A stretch of 64,000 nt of DNA. Origin: Octopus sinensis. Its lineage: Eukaryota. The notes below the pieces were generated by a model. The model saw only the letters and a program-made list of their open reading frames with translations, made no database searches and was not told the DNA's origin. Each line of letters begins with the position of its first letter. Within the stretch, counting starts at the first letter, position 1. The position numbers and the translations under genes were made by a program. This document shows, piece by piece, positions 12,960-26,209 of the stretch. Location of the stretch: positions 8,680,001-8,744,000 of the forward strand of contig NC_043016.1 of assembly GCF_006345805.1 (NCBI RefSeq), written 5' to 3'.

Positions 12960-13270
12960 ATTAACAGACCAGATTTACACAGAGTACAAAGATACAGAAA
13001 AAAAATCAAAGGCAAGAAGGTATGGCATTTCAACCCACCCCTGGTGGCATATTCTTGACTTTTTGTAAACTGCATCTACCAACATTGTTACATAATCCAG
13101 ACTCCCCAGAAACAGCTGTCATACCTGAAAATACCATACCTTCTTCCCTTTGTTTTTTCAGGGTCTTCGTACTCTGTGTAAATCTGTTCCATTAATAAAT
13201 GAATATTTATATATTTATACATGAATGTTTATCATCTGAATACTTTCTGTCTTTGTCTTGCTTTATTTAC
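12866..13270. repeat. Imperfect ~170-bp inverted repeat with ~90-bp spacer (fold-back element)
   Basis: Arm ...agatttacacagagtac...aagaaggtatggcatttc is the reverse complement of gaaaataccataccttctt...gtactctgtgtaaatct. Confidence 0.85.
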
Positions 13271-13272
13271 AT

Positions 13273-13304
<32 letters not shown>

Positions 13305-14437
13305 AGTTTATACACCTACCCCAAACAGTCTTATTTCTACTCAAATGAATTCCTCTTATAGCTACTCTGTACCCCCATGGACTTAGTCACTACTAAGTGT
13401 TTTCTATACTGAGCATCTTTGGATCTCATCTGTTAACTCTATACTTATATATAAATATATCTATGGAAAAAAAAGTCAAGGTAGAAAATGCTAAACTAAT
13501 TTTATAAAAATTATTTCAGTACCGGTTTCGGTTATTGAAATTCTTTTCAACTGTAAGTATGAAAAGCAAATGTTGAGGGGGTTATTGCCATTTTTATCTC
13601 ACTTTTTCTTTTGCTTTGCAAGGTACTTGGTGACCCTGTTGGTACTGGTGCCATGTTAAAAACACCTAGTATGGTTTATCAAATGGTTGGCGCTAGGAAG
13701 TAACACTATAGAAAGCAGCTGTAGAAATCCAGCTGTAGAAAACAGACAATGAGTGACTCTCAGTCATGCTAGCTTCCTGTCAAGCCATTTAATCCATGCC
13801 AGCATGGAAAACAGAATTGATGATGATGGTGATGATGATGATGATATATAAAACCTGTAAGTTACAATGGAGGATTGAAGTGCCACTTGAACATTCATAA
13901 TAAACAAGTGGAAAACGGAGCCAATGCTGAAATGAGACAGTCCTGAAGTATTTGTGACCTGCTCTTCAAAAGCTTTTCAGGGCACAAAAGTCATTTACAA
14001 TTTCATACTAGGAAAGAGCAATTATAGGTGCAAGAAGAAATCAAACTCTGCAAGGAGCAGACAACCACAAGGAGCAGAAAACCTATAAGTATATATATAT
14101 ATCTTAAGAATGAAATCAACCTCTCTGTCTGTATATCTAACCTCTTTATAATGTTGGAAAACGAAATAGGGATAAGAATGTGCATTGTCCATTTGATTGG
14201 AAAATCTCTAAAGGTGGCTGAAGATTGCTCGACATTTTAGAACTGATGTAATGCTTACAGTGTTTAATAAAATGAAGTAGCATGAAACGATCTTACCACA
14301 TTACCTCGGATATACTTGTGGCTTATTTTTATTGTAATCACCCCCATGGATATATATGGATAATATCATACAAAATTCTGGTGCCTTGACTTAAGTACCA
14401 TATTCATCTGAATCTAAATTTTGCTGAACTTATATAT

Positions 14438-14491
<54 letters not shown>

Positions 14492-14940
14492 TATGACATA
14501 AGTCTTTCTGCTTGCCTTCACCCACCACTTGCCAATCAGTGTTGGTATACTTATAACCTGTAACTTAGTGGTTAGGCAAAAGAGATCCAATAAAATGAGT
14601 AGCAAACTTAAAAAAAAAAGTAAGTACAGGGGTTTATTTGTTTCATTAAACCCTTCAAGGCATTGCCCCAGTATGGCCGCAGTCAAATGACTGAAACAAG
14701 ATAAATGATGCACATATTCAACATATATTCGACTGAGTCTCACAATAATTTCGGCACCTTCTAACTGCTTCATTCCCAGCAACATAGAAAATCACCATTC
14801 AAGCTAGCAGAGAACGTCAGTATTTTTTGAGAGAGCATTGAAGCATTCTGTTCTGTTTCTGCATGTCTGACATCCCACAAAGAATTAGAGTCAGTTGGAA
14901 CTATATCTTTGCAGTACTTTTTTTTTCTTTCTTTGGTTAC

Positions 14941-15173
14941 AGGCGAGCTGGCAGAAACGTTAGCACGCCGGATGAAATGCGTAGCTGTATTTCGTCTGCC
15001 GCCGCTACGTTCCGAGTTCAAATTCTGCCAAGGTCAACTTTGCCTTTCATCCTTTCGGGGTCGATTAAATAAGTACCAGTTACGCACTGGAGTCGATATA
15101 ATCGACTTAATCCGTTTGTCTGTCCTTGTTTGTCTCCTCTGTGTTTAGCCCCTTGTGGGCAGTAAAGAAATAG
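14941..15173 (+). mobile_element. SINE family A
   Basis: Full-length copy. Confidence 0.9.
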
Positions 15174-15324
15174 GTATGTAACTTTAGGCTTGTTCTCATT
15201 GTGTAACTCTTTGGGCAAATACACTATAGTCCTGGCCAAACTCTTTTGAGGGAACTTGGTATATGAAAACAAAAAGAAAATCATATGTAGGTATATGTAT
15301 GTATGTATGTATGTATGTATGATT

Positions 15325-15500
15325 GTATGCACAAGGGGATGCTGAAAAGTTCCTGGCTTTTGGTAAATGAAAATACAGCAGGATCAATTAATTATGATTT
15401 CATTCAACATACACCCCTCTCAGATTCACAGATATTGAAGCGGTCCTTCAGATGGTTGGATTCTCCAACCAAGCCTTTCACAATACCCTTAAAGCCAGGA
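15325..15500. mobile_element. Mariner-like non-autonomous relic
   Basis: gctgaaaagttcctggcttt ... aaagccaggaact ends; related copy 38280-38440. Confidence 0.6.
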
Positions 15501-16197
15501 ACTCTGTGTGTGTGTGCATGTGTGTGTGGTGTGTGTGTGTGTGCATGTGTGGTGTGTGTGTGTGTGTGTGTGCATGTGTGTGTGGTGTGTGTGTGTGTGT
15601 GTGTGTGCGTGTGTGTGTGTGTGTGCGTGTGTGCGTGTGTGTGTGCGTGTGTGTACTGAAAAATTTTATAAAACGTGCCTTTTAAGTACAGGCTACCTCA
15701 CTTTGCTGAGCAGAAAATGATTAACTGAAAATATAAATATAATGAGAAAAAAATTCAATGTTAATGAAAATTATCCTCAAAAGGGACAAATACATAAAGG
15801 CAGCAATTCTGATCTGTGACAACAGCACAGGAGAGGATCACTTCAGCAAAGCTTTGTCTAATTGTAGCTGCCAAGACCTTCTTTTAACTCCATGGTCTTC
15901 GTATAGAAGACACCCTTGGGAAATTTTCCAAAGTCATTATTTTTAATTTGTCTAATCAGTAAATTATCTTCACACCAAATAACATTATTTTTTTGTCATT
16001 CCAAGGTCTTGGCAGCTGTGAAAGGACTTTGTTTCACAAACAATGCAGAAACATATCTAGATTTGTCACCAAGTGACCAAAGATTGGACTCTGTCCCTAC
16101 TTTTCATCCCATACAACCCCATTTCATTTTCGGCTGATTGAAAGTTTGAATGCCTAATTCAATTACGTTCAGTGTCTTTTTACATCTTCTTGCTTAC

Positions 16198-16919
16198 TTA
16201 ACCCTTTCATTACTGCATTTATTTTGAGATGATCTGTGTTTCTTTCAATTACTTTAAATATAACAAAGAATTTAGTAAAATAACTTAGTTATCATTAAGC
16301 TTGTGTTAGGAACATAAATTGTGACTAAGGTTTGGTAGAAGATTTTAATTCAAAACTTATGAAAACAAGACATTTGTACTCAGAGCCAGTTTCAGCCAGG
16401 TTAGTATCAAATGGATTAAAAATTGTTTCTCTATTATATATTTTAACCCTTTCGTTACCGTATTTATTTTGAGATGCTCTGTGTTTCTTTCAATTAATTT
16501 AAAATATAACAAAGAATTTAGTAAAATAACTTAGTTAACATTAAGCTAGTGTTAGGAACATAAACTGTGACTGAGGTTTGGTAGAAGATTTTAATTTGAT
16601 ACTTATGAAAACAAGACATTTGTACTACAGAGCCAGTTTCAGCCAGGTTAGTATCAAATGGATTAAAAATTGTTTCTCTATTATATATTTTAACCCTTTC
16701 GTTACCGTATTTATTTTGAGATGCTCTGTGTTTCTTTCAATTAATTTAAAATATAACAAAAAATTTAGTAAAATAACTTAGTTATCATTAAGCTAGTGTT
16801 AGGAACATAAACTGTGACTAAGGTTTGGTGGAAGATTTTAATTTGATACTTATGAAAACAAGACATTTGTACTACAGAGCCAGAGCCAGTTTCAGCTGGG
16901 TTGGTAATGAAAGGGTTAA
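16198..16919 (+). mobile_element. Three tandem copies of a piggyBac-like TTAA MITE (~246-bp period)
   Basis: Units start ttaaccctttc at 16198, 16443, 16689; last ends ggtaatgaaagggttaa; single copy at 51131-51360. Confidence 0.85.
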
Positions 16920-17679
16920 ACAAAATTGTTTTATATCATCATCGTCATCACCATTAGAAACTTAACATCCACTTCATCATGCTTGTATGGATCAGATGGT
17001 ATATACTGAGGCAAATCTTCAAGTCAGATGCCCTTAGTCACCAATGCTTACCTGTTTCCAAGCAAGGAAATACTTATCCGTAGTCAGGCATGTTTTCACA
17101 TCCAGCTGTAGAAACTTTGCCTGGTGCAGCCTTCTGGCTCACCAGTTCTCAGTCAAACCGTCCAACCTATGCCAGCATGGAAAGCGGACATTAAACGATG
17201 ATGATGATGATTGCAAGAAAATGACATGCATTTACAATATTATATGATGTCAAGACAAGGAACTTCTTTCAGCTTCTATCTACAATATTTACTCACCAGG
17301 CACCAGTTAGCCTGGGACTATAGTAAACAACACTTGCCCAAGGTGCCACACAGTGGAACTGAACCCAAAGCCATGTGGTTGGGAAGCTAACTCCTTAACC
17401 ACACAGCCATATCTGTGCTTTTCTTGGTATATAATTAATATGACAGCTATATTAATCTAAATTGGGCCATTCAATCTTTCTATTTGCTACTCTTCTAAAT
17501 ACACATTCATTCTTTGACACTGAAACTAATAAAACGCATGTATATAAATCTGTATTTAATCACTCTGATACCAACTTGTGAATATTTCAGCCCATTCACT
17601 TCAATGTATCATCCATTTACTTCAGTGCATTACTGACAAGTTCTCTTAGTTGTCAGCAAGTATAGAATAAACACTAAAT

Positions 17680-17909
17680 GCGGCGAGCTGGCAGAAACGC
17701 TAGCACACAGGGCGAAATGCTTAGCCGTATTTCGTCTGCCGTTACGTTCTGAGTTCAAATTCCGCTGAGGTCATCTTTGCCTTTCATCCTTTCGGGATCG
17801 ATAAATTAAGTACCAGTTACGCACTGGGGTTGATGTAATCGACTTAATCTGTTTGCCTGTCCTTGTTTGTCCCCTCTATGTTTAGCCCCCTGTGGGCAAT
17901 AAAGAAATA
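17680..17909 (+). mobile_element. SINE family A
   Basis: 16-bp TSD agaataaacactaaat (17664-17679, 17910-17925). Confidence 0.9.
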
Positions 17910-18025
17910 AGAATAAACACTAAATTCTATGCTTAACTTAAAATTGATTCAATTACTTTCAATATGTTTTTACATCTCTGTAGTGACCTATATAAAATTA
18001 TTTTTCTTTTTAATGATATAATCAT

Positions 18026-18575
18026 AGGTGCAGACATGACTGTGTGGTAAGAAGCAGACGGCGAACTGGCAGAAACATAAACACGCCAGGTGAAATGCTT
18101 AGCGGCACTCCGTCTGTCATTATGTTCTGAGTTCAAATTCTGCCGAGGTCGACTTTGCCTTTCATCCTTTTGGGGTGATAAACGAGATACCAGTTACGCA
18201 CTGGGATCAATGTAATCAACTTAATCCGTTTGTCTGTCCTTGTTTGTCCCTTCTATGTTTAGCCCCTTGTGGGCAATAAAGAAATAAGAAGCTTGCTTCT
18301 CAGCGTGGTTCCAGGTTCAGTCCCACTGCATGACACCTTAGGAAAGTGTCCTTTACTATAGCTTTGGGCCAATCAAAGCCTTGTAGGTGGTTTTGGGAGA
18401 CGGAAACTGAAATGAAGCTTGTCAATTTACATTCCCATAACTTAGCAGTTCAGGCTGATAGAATAAGTACCAGGCTTAAAAAAAAGGACCGGGGTTAATT
18501 TGTTCAACTAAAATTTCTTGAAGGCAGTGCTCCAGCATGGCCACAGTCAAATGACTAAAACAGATAAAAGACAAA
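18026..18575 (+). mobile_element. SINE family B, split by a family A insertion
   Basis: Head 18026-18055, body 18285-18575. Confidence 0.85.
18056..18284 (+). mobile_element. SINE family A nested in a family B SINE
   Basis: TSD taagaagc (18048-18055, 18285-18292); family B head before and body after. Confidence 0.9.
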
Positions 18576-18819
18576 GCTACAACAAGTATATAAACCTACA
18601 ATAATGCTCCTCTTAGGTATTCAGTGAAATATTTACTGCTCATGAATATTTAAATTTTGAATTATTCTATCAACCATTCACTATTACTTCCTTTACCTAA
18701 ATAGGATATGAATTTTATTCATTAAATTCTTTTAAATGTTTTGAAATGTCTATCAGCTTAATATTCCCAAAGTATCTCGAATAGTCTATTATTTTCAATA
18801 ATATTTATATAGAACTGTG

Positions 18820-19140
18820 AAGGCACGTAGCTCAGTGGCTAGAGCATAGGGCTCATAGTCGTGAGGTTGTGAGTTCAGTCCCTGGACCGGGTCTTGCGTT
18901 GTGTTCTTGAGCAAGACACTATTTCACGTTGCTCCAGTTCACTCAGTTGTAGAAATGAGTTGCAACGTCACTGGTGCCAAGCTGCATCAGCCTTTGCTTT
19001 TTCCCTCGAATCACATCAGTGGTGTGGAGATGGGAAGCTGGTATGCATGAGCAACTGCTGGTCTGCTATAAACAACCTTACCCAGACTTGTGCCTCGGAG
19101 GGTAACTTTCTAGGTACAATCCCATGGTCTTTACCCTTTA
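18820..19140 (+). mobile_element. tRNA-derived SINE, third family
   Basis: Head ggcacgtagctcagtggctagagca...gagttcagtccc, then cttgagcaagacact central motif; related diverged reverse copy near 7480-7740. Confidence 0.75.
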
Positions 19141-19796
19141 CTCTATACCGAAAACTCTACTCTTTTCACATATACATTCTCCCATCACTACAATTAACTT
19201 ACTTCTAACTCACTTCCACCTAGCATTAACAGGATAAGTTGACCCGGCTCTAATCAGTGAATCTACACCATTATGAACAGATACCAAACCATGCCTGGCA
19301 ATCACAGACATCCAATGCAAAGATCCAACCAGTTACAATTCCAATGATAGACACCATATATGCAAGAACCAGGCACAAATTCAAGATCTGATGTGATCAT
19401 GCTAATCAATGCTTTTGACTTTTTAAGCTACCATTTACAATGATTTGGTCATGCTGAAAATCTTCACAATAGTTCCAAGATACATCTCACATATACTCTG
19501 GAATGCATCATCATTGATGATTCTGGGGGACGATAGTAAAGATCTTGGTTGCAATGTCTATCCAACTTTTAGTTACTGTAAGAATGCCTATCATACTTCT
19601 TGAAAAAAAGGGAAGAGAACTGAATCATTGCAGTCTTGCAGAGGAGATTTCTAGTTCCAGACATGACTGATCTCATTGGAACAGTTCTTGAAGATTTCAC
19701 CCAAAATCTTGTTGTTTAGGTTGTGGCTAGGTTCTTGCTGTACTTTGATGTTTAATGAATCTGGATTGCATGTGTAGGGAATGGAATCTATGAAAA

Positions 19797-20055
19797 GGCG
19801 GCGAGCTGGCAGAATCATTAGCACGCCGTGTGAAATGCTTAGTGGTATTTCGTCTGCCACTACATTCTGAGTTCAAAGTCGACCTCGGTGGAATTTGAAC
19901 TCAGAACGTAGTTCAAATTCTACCGAGGTCGACTTTGCCTTTTATCCTTTCAAGGTCGATTAAATAAGTACCAGTTATGCACTGAGGTCGATGTAATCGA
20001 CTTAATCCGTCTGTCTGTCCTTGTTTGTCTCCTCTGTGTTTAGCCCCTTGAAATA
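19797..20055 (+). mobile_element. SINE family A with internal inverted duplication
   Basis: 19877-19910 is the reverse complement of element sequence; flanks share ggaatctatg. Confidence 0.9.
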
Positions 20056-21305
20056 GGAATCTATGCAGCTAATCAGCATTTTTACTCTATAAATAGTCCA
20101 AATAAATAGTTAACTAAAAATTTAAATACATGACTAGTAAGTAACAATAGATTCATAATTTATACAAAACAAGATAGGGGATATATCAAGGCAACACCCT
20201 ATACGTATTCATAATAATGGTATACCCAGGTAGTTATAAATCATATTCTTATGAATGTTGTCTTGATGTAAACCCCTATCTTATCCTGTATCAGTTGTTA
20301 ATCTTTTATCACTAATAATTACTTATGTACCATTAACCAAGAATCTAATTGTGAAACTAACTATTCACTTAACTGTCTCTATCTACCAAAACTATTTACT
20401 TAACAAATCAGATAAATAGTTATTTATTGAACCAACTATTTAACAAGATATCTATTTAATTCCTGTGCATTTTTTTCTCTCCTTAAGAACACATCTATCC
20501 AAAGTAATCCTCCCACAAACAATTCCCAGAGATAATTAGTACACTACTAGCATTATTTGTATTATTATTATTATACCATCTCCTTAACTAATGTATTGTT
20601 AGTCATTTTATTTTATTTATATTCCGAGCGTGATCGTTACCAACGTTGTCTTACAGGCACCTGTGCTGGTGGCATGTGTAAAAGGATTCGAGCAAGGTCA
20701 TTGCCAGTACCACCTGACCGGCCCCCATGCCGTTGGCACGTAAAAAGCACCCACTACACTCTCGGAGTGGTTGGCGTTAGGAAGGGCATCCAGCTGTAGA
20801 AATACTGTCAGATCAGACTGGAGCCTGGTGCAGCCTCCTGGCTTCCCAGACCCTCGTCGAACCGTCCAACCAATGCTAGCATGGAAAACGGACGTTAAAC
20901 GATGATGATGATGATGATTTCATATTTATACCTGATGATGAAATAGTTTGAGCATGTTCTTCCACAATTCTTCCAAATATTTCTATCATTATTTAGCTTT
21001 GCCATAGCTGATCTCTGATGAAGCTTTCTTAAATGTAGAAACTCCAAGAGTAGTGTCTTCTCTTTAGGGACCATAAACAAACCAACACCTGTTGTCAAGC
21101 TGCAGAGGCAGGAACAAACACAAACGCGCATAAATACATAAAAGGTTTCCGCACAGTTCCCATCAACCAAATTCACTCACAAACTATTGGTTGGCCTAGA
21201 GCTATAATATAAAAGCACTTGCTCAAGATGCTGCACAGTGGAACTGAACCTGAAACCACAGGGTGATAAAACAAGCTTCTTAATCACAAGCAATGCCTGT
21301 GTATA

Positions 21306-21537
21306 GGCGGCGAGCTGGCAGAAACATTAGCAAGCCGGGCGAAATGCGTAGCCGTATTTCGTCTGTCGTTACATTCCAAGTTCAAATTCCACCGAGGTCA
21401 ACTTTGCCTTTCATCCTTTCGGGGTCGATAAATTAAGGACCAGTTACGCACTGGGGTCGATGTAATTGACTTATTCCCTTTGTCTGTCCTTGTTTGTCCC
21501 CTCTGCGCTTAGCCCCTTGTGGGTAGTAAAGAAATAT
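21306..21537 (+). mobile_element. SINE family A
   Basis: Full-length copy. Confidence 0.9.
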
Positions 21538-21659
21538 ATATGTGCGTATATCTATTATGTGTGTTTTATAGAAAACCATACCAAAACAGACAATGGAGTT
21601 TGATGCAGTCCTCTGGCTTGCCAGCTCCTGTCAACCCATCCGACCCATAGATGATGGGT

Positions 21660-21840
21660 ATTAACCTTTTAGCATTCAAATTTCTTTGTCAAATGTAATG
21701 CTTATTTATTCACATTGTTTTGAATTAATCACACATTAATCCCTTAACTTTGAGATTTCAATGATGTGATCATTTGTCTTTAGGATAAGATTGTAGGATT
21801 GGTAAGAGAGACCAGATCTAGCCAGGTTAAGGCTAAAAGA

Positions 21841-21889
<49 letters not shown>

Positions 21890-22117
21890 AACCTTTAGCA
21901 CTCAAATTACTCTGTCAAATGCAATGCTTATTTATTCACGTTGTTGTTTTGGATTTAACATGCATTGTCTTGTGGCTTCAAGATCTCGATGATGTGTTTG
22001 TATACTTTTAGAATGACGTAGTAGGGTAGGTGTGAAAGGCTGGATCCGGTCAGTTTTAACATAAAAACAGATAGAATATTTGGGCTGGATATAGCTGGAT
22101 TGAATGCTAAAGGATTA
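21660..22117 (+). mobile_element. Second TTAA MITE family, two adjacent copies
   Basis: cc(c/t)ttagcatt...aatgctaaagg(g/a)ttaa ends; also 26628-27102 (+), 52713-52943 (-), fragments near 45250-45360 and 10130-10225. Confidence 0.75.
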
Positions 22118-22271
22118 AATGATGGTTATGAGGATGATGATGATGATGATGATGAGTATATTAGTTTTTGTTTTTTTTTTTTAAATGAATGTAATTCCAG
22201 TTCATTTCTAAGAATATTCTGTGAAGATACAATATAAAGCAACATTAGAAGTATAGCGGCTTCCATTACGA

Positions 22272-22308
<37 letters not shown>

Positions 22309-23927
22309 GCATATATAACAAAGTGACATCTTCAAACAGCACACAGAAATAGTTGAAGAATTCCTACGGGAGATTTCAAGATATGAAATATTAAGAGAAA
22401 AAATAATAATGTCTATTGATTAACTGCTTCATACGCACATACAATACGGAGAATTAAAAACTTGTCAACAGTAATACTGCAATCCATCATACCTGTCACA
22501 GATATTATTAAAACAGTATTAAGATAAATGCCATTTTCTTATAATGAGGTGTCTTAGAGAATATTATGCAGAAGACAAGCTAGGGACTTTTATGTAATCA
22601 CTAAATCTTCTCAATTAAGTAATCAAATCTGCACAGCAAAAAAAAAAAAAATTCAAAACGAGAGACATTTCAATGAGGGAAGGAACTTCCATATAATCAT
22701 CTTGACTTGTTTGCTGCTAATATGTTCCAGTCAAATCCTGCTCAAAAATGTCATCTCTACCTGCAGCTAAATGAAGGCACTGAAGTGGGATTTTTAACAG
22801 ATGTTATTGTGAGGAAGATAATACAAATGAATTCAAAGACACAGTTTTCAGTGAATGTGACAGTATTATCAGCAATATTATACACTTAACTACAGTTAAA
22901 TGAAGGTCCATTGTAGTGGGTGAGGGGTTAACATATATTATCAGGAATGTGGTTCAAGTTGAGACATAATTAACTATATAGACCCAGTATATACTAAGAA
23001 GTAGTTTGTGGTGGGATAGGTAGTCAACACTAGAAACAATGCAATGGAAAAAAATATATATAATGTATAAACAAGATAAATATTAAATGGAAATCGTAGA
23101 TGTGATACCTGTGCCAGTGGCACGTAAAAAGCACCGTCCGAACGTGGCTGATGCCAGCGCCGCCTTGACTGGCTTCTGTGTCGGTGGCATGTAAAAAGCA
23201 CCAACTGATTGTGGCCACTGCCAGCCTCCCCTGGCACCTGTGCCAGTGGCACATAAAAAGCACCCACTACACTCACGGAGTGGTTGGCGTTAGGAAGGGC
23301 ATCCAGCTGTAGAAACACTGCCAGATCAGACTGGAGCCTGGTGCGGCCTCCTGGCTTCCCGAACCCCGGTTGAACCGTCCAACCCATGCTAGAATGGAAA
23401 ACGGACGTTAAATGATGATGATGATGAAGACATGGACTTTGCAAATATTGTAGAGGGTAGTAACAGTAAAGAAGAACTAATAAAGGAAAAGGGATATTTT
23501 TTTTAGTCCAGCAGCATGGAACAACTTCTCTAGTCCTGATAACTAATGCTGTCTTAAGACGTGGGAACACTTAGCAATTGCCAAGAAGGCCCCACGGGTC
23601 TAGGGAATTAATGTTAATTCATGCATGGATGAGGGGCCCCAATGTTTTGCTTGTCTGAGGGCCTATAATGTTGTCATCATAATCTTGCAAGTGACATGAT
23701 TGAATGCACTCAGCTTTTATTGTAAGATAAGAACCAACCAACCCATATCAGCACATGGTAAAACAAATGTGAAATGAGGAAGATACATTCTCAAAATTGT
23801 AAAGGAAGAATGAAGAGAATTTATCTGTAGTCAGCACTGTCCTAGAAACACAAGCAGCATGAGTGAACTTTTTAAGACAATAGGTTATGACCCAAGGGAG
23901 ATTTAGCTGCTATATGTAACAAGTGTG

Positions 23928-24240
23928 GAGGCGCAATGGCCCAGTGGTTAGAGCAGCGGACTCAGTCATAAGATCGCGGTTTTGATTCCTGGACCGGGCG
24001 TTGTGAGTGCTTATTGAGCGAAAACACCTAATGCTCCACGAGACTCCAGCAGGGTGTGGTGGCGATCCCTGCTGTACTCTTTCGCCACAACTTTCTCTCA
24101 CTTTTTCTTCTGTTGGCCTGCTCGCATAACCATCAGGGTGGCATCACTTGATGGCTAAAACAATGTGAAGCGCATTGTGACCAGCGATGTGTAGCAACAT
24201 CTGATAGCCTGGTTGATCACGTGATCACGTAATATGTAAC
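23928..24240 (+). mobile_element. tRNA-derived SINE, fourth family
   Basis: Head ggcgcaatggcccagtggttagagcagcgg...ggttttgattcc (A and B boxes) followed by a non-tRNA body. Confidence 0.75.
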
Positions 24241-25742
24241 AAGTAGGGCAACAATGTAGAAAGTGAGAGGAAAGCTTCTATGTGGTCGCTCAACCTGTCA
24301 GAAACAACAACAAAACTTCTTTCAAATAACAGCAACCCATCTTCAGTGTAGTCTTTGAAACATTACAAGGGACAGAATAATGTTTACAGCTAGAAGAATT
24401 TTCATCAAATCCCAACCCAATCAGAACTGGTTAATCTGAAATTAAGCAACAACAGCTAACTGCACAAGGTGAACATAGACATAGTTATTTTACAGCACTG
24501 AAGACATGATATGAATCTCTGAAGTCTTGTTAGTATCATTTTGGGGTCTCTGTTGCATCAACCACCAAACTACTCATTTCCTTCTCAAACGCAAAGAGAT
24601 ATTTTTTTTATAATTGTAGAACAATTAAATGTGATTTCAAAACCCTAACTTGATATTAGCAGGGAATTTTGGCAATCCACAAGTTTTCATGACTAAGGAC
24701 AAACATTTGCTTATACAACAGATTTTAAGAATATTGCGTAACTATACAAAAGCTACAAGGGAAGCCCTCTAATAGCCACTCAAACTGCTGGAAATAGCAG
24801 TTAAATCTCCCTCAAATTACATATATACTACAAAAAGAAAAGGCTGCATCATATAGTGTTGTTCTAGATATCTCAAGGTAAAAGTGGGATGAAAACATCT
24901 GGAATACTTTTGATCAATAGTCTGTTCAATTAGTTAGCTTGGAGTTAAACAACAGCAGGAAAAAACCAATTCTAGATTAAATTCATAGCCAAAACATTTG
25001 AACTGAAACACTAGTAATTGTCCTGTTAAACCTACTCTGTCAATGCTAATATAAATCTATTAATTCCTCAAAAATACATTTCTATGCAAGCTTTCCTATC
25101 AATTAGTAAAATATTGATTTTCATGGTTTTAAACTATTAACCAAATCAATAGACATTTAAATACTTTTAATATTTACATCAACATAACATTCCTCAATTC
25201 TATCTCTGATTTTCATCAGCTATCTCCTTTTCTTAGATGTGTAGATAGTACCAGACTGAATTAGAACTACTAACTGAATTTTTAAGACACCTGAAGGCAA
25301 TTTTGGATTCAGCCAACAGAAACATACTATATCCATAAATATTAGAAATATATTTTTTATTTAAAAGATGAGATTAATGGTAAAAAAAAAATTATTATCT
25401 GACTCAATCTCATACATTTAGACATTTTTAAATATTGATTTTCTTGACTAAATTACAAAAGCAGGTTTTATAGTCATTCATCATCATCATCATCTCAATG
25501 GCTGAACCTCACTGTCTCAAGTTCTATGAGTCATAAGGCCAGTTATCCAATTTCCACGCTATATAAGTGACCAAAATCATGTCATTCCTCCATGAACAGA
25601 ATACCAGTCCATCACAGAGGTTTCATAATAGAAAGAAGTAAAATATACCATTGCTATAGATTCTATTCTTTATGCAAGGAGTGGCTTTATGCAAGGTGAG
25701 GAGAGTTATAAAGCATGTCTACTTTGGCACATACTTGCATAT

Positions 25743-25942
25743 ACTCTTTTATTCTTTTACTTGTTTCAGTCATTTGACTGTGGCCCTGCTGGAGCACCGC
25801 CTTTAGTCAAGCAAATCTTTGGAAGCCTAGTACTTATTCTATCGCTCTCTTTTGCCGAACCGCTAAATTACGGGGACGTAAACACACCAGCATCGGTTGT
25901 CAAGCGATGTTGAGAGGACAAACGCAGACACACAAACACACA

Positions 25943-25985
<43 letters not shown>

Positions 25986-26146
25986 TACGATGGGCTTCTT
26001 TCAGTTTCCGTCTACCAAATCCATTCACAAGGCTTTGGTCGGCCCGAGGCTATAGTAGAAGATACTTGCCCAAGGTGCCACGCAGTGTGACTGAACCCAA
26101 GACCATGTGGTTGGTAAGCAAGCTACTTACCACACAGCCACTCCTT
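25743..26146 (-). mobile_element. SINE family B
   Basis: Full-length reverse copy. Further fragments at about 3345-3520, 8225-8405, 14490-14705, 17270-17410, 21130-21298, 28270-28410, 29640-29932, 33715-33908, 35308-35522, 53030-53180, 55140-55280. Confidence 0.9.
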
Positions 26147-26209
26147 CGTGTGCTTATGTATGAAAAATCAAAGGTTTTCTTGCTATGACCCACCATATCA
26201 TTCATAAGT

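Noticed and set aside
13039-13124. Candidate exon GMTAVSGESGLCNNVGRCSLQKVKNMPPG
   Set aside because: Lies in the spacer of a fold-back element, has a purine-rich upstream tract, and its phase-0 end gives stops with the next exons.
14006-14082. Hydrophobic candidate exon GFLLLVVVCSLQSLISSCTYNCSFL
   Set aside because: Its best donor is phase 0, incompatible with the downstream chain; left unassigned.
15866-16017. 15-bp inverted repeat agctgccaagacctt / aaggtcttggcagct
   Set aside because: No TSD or second copy seen; too short to call a MITE.
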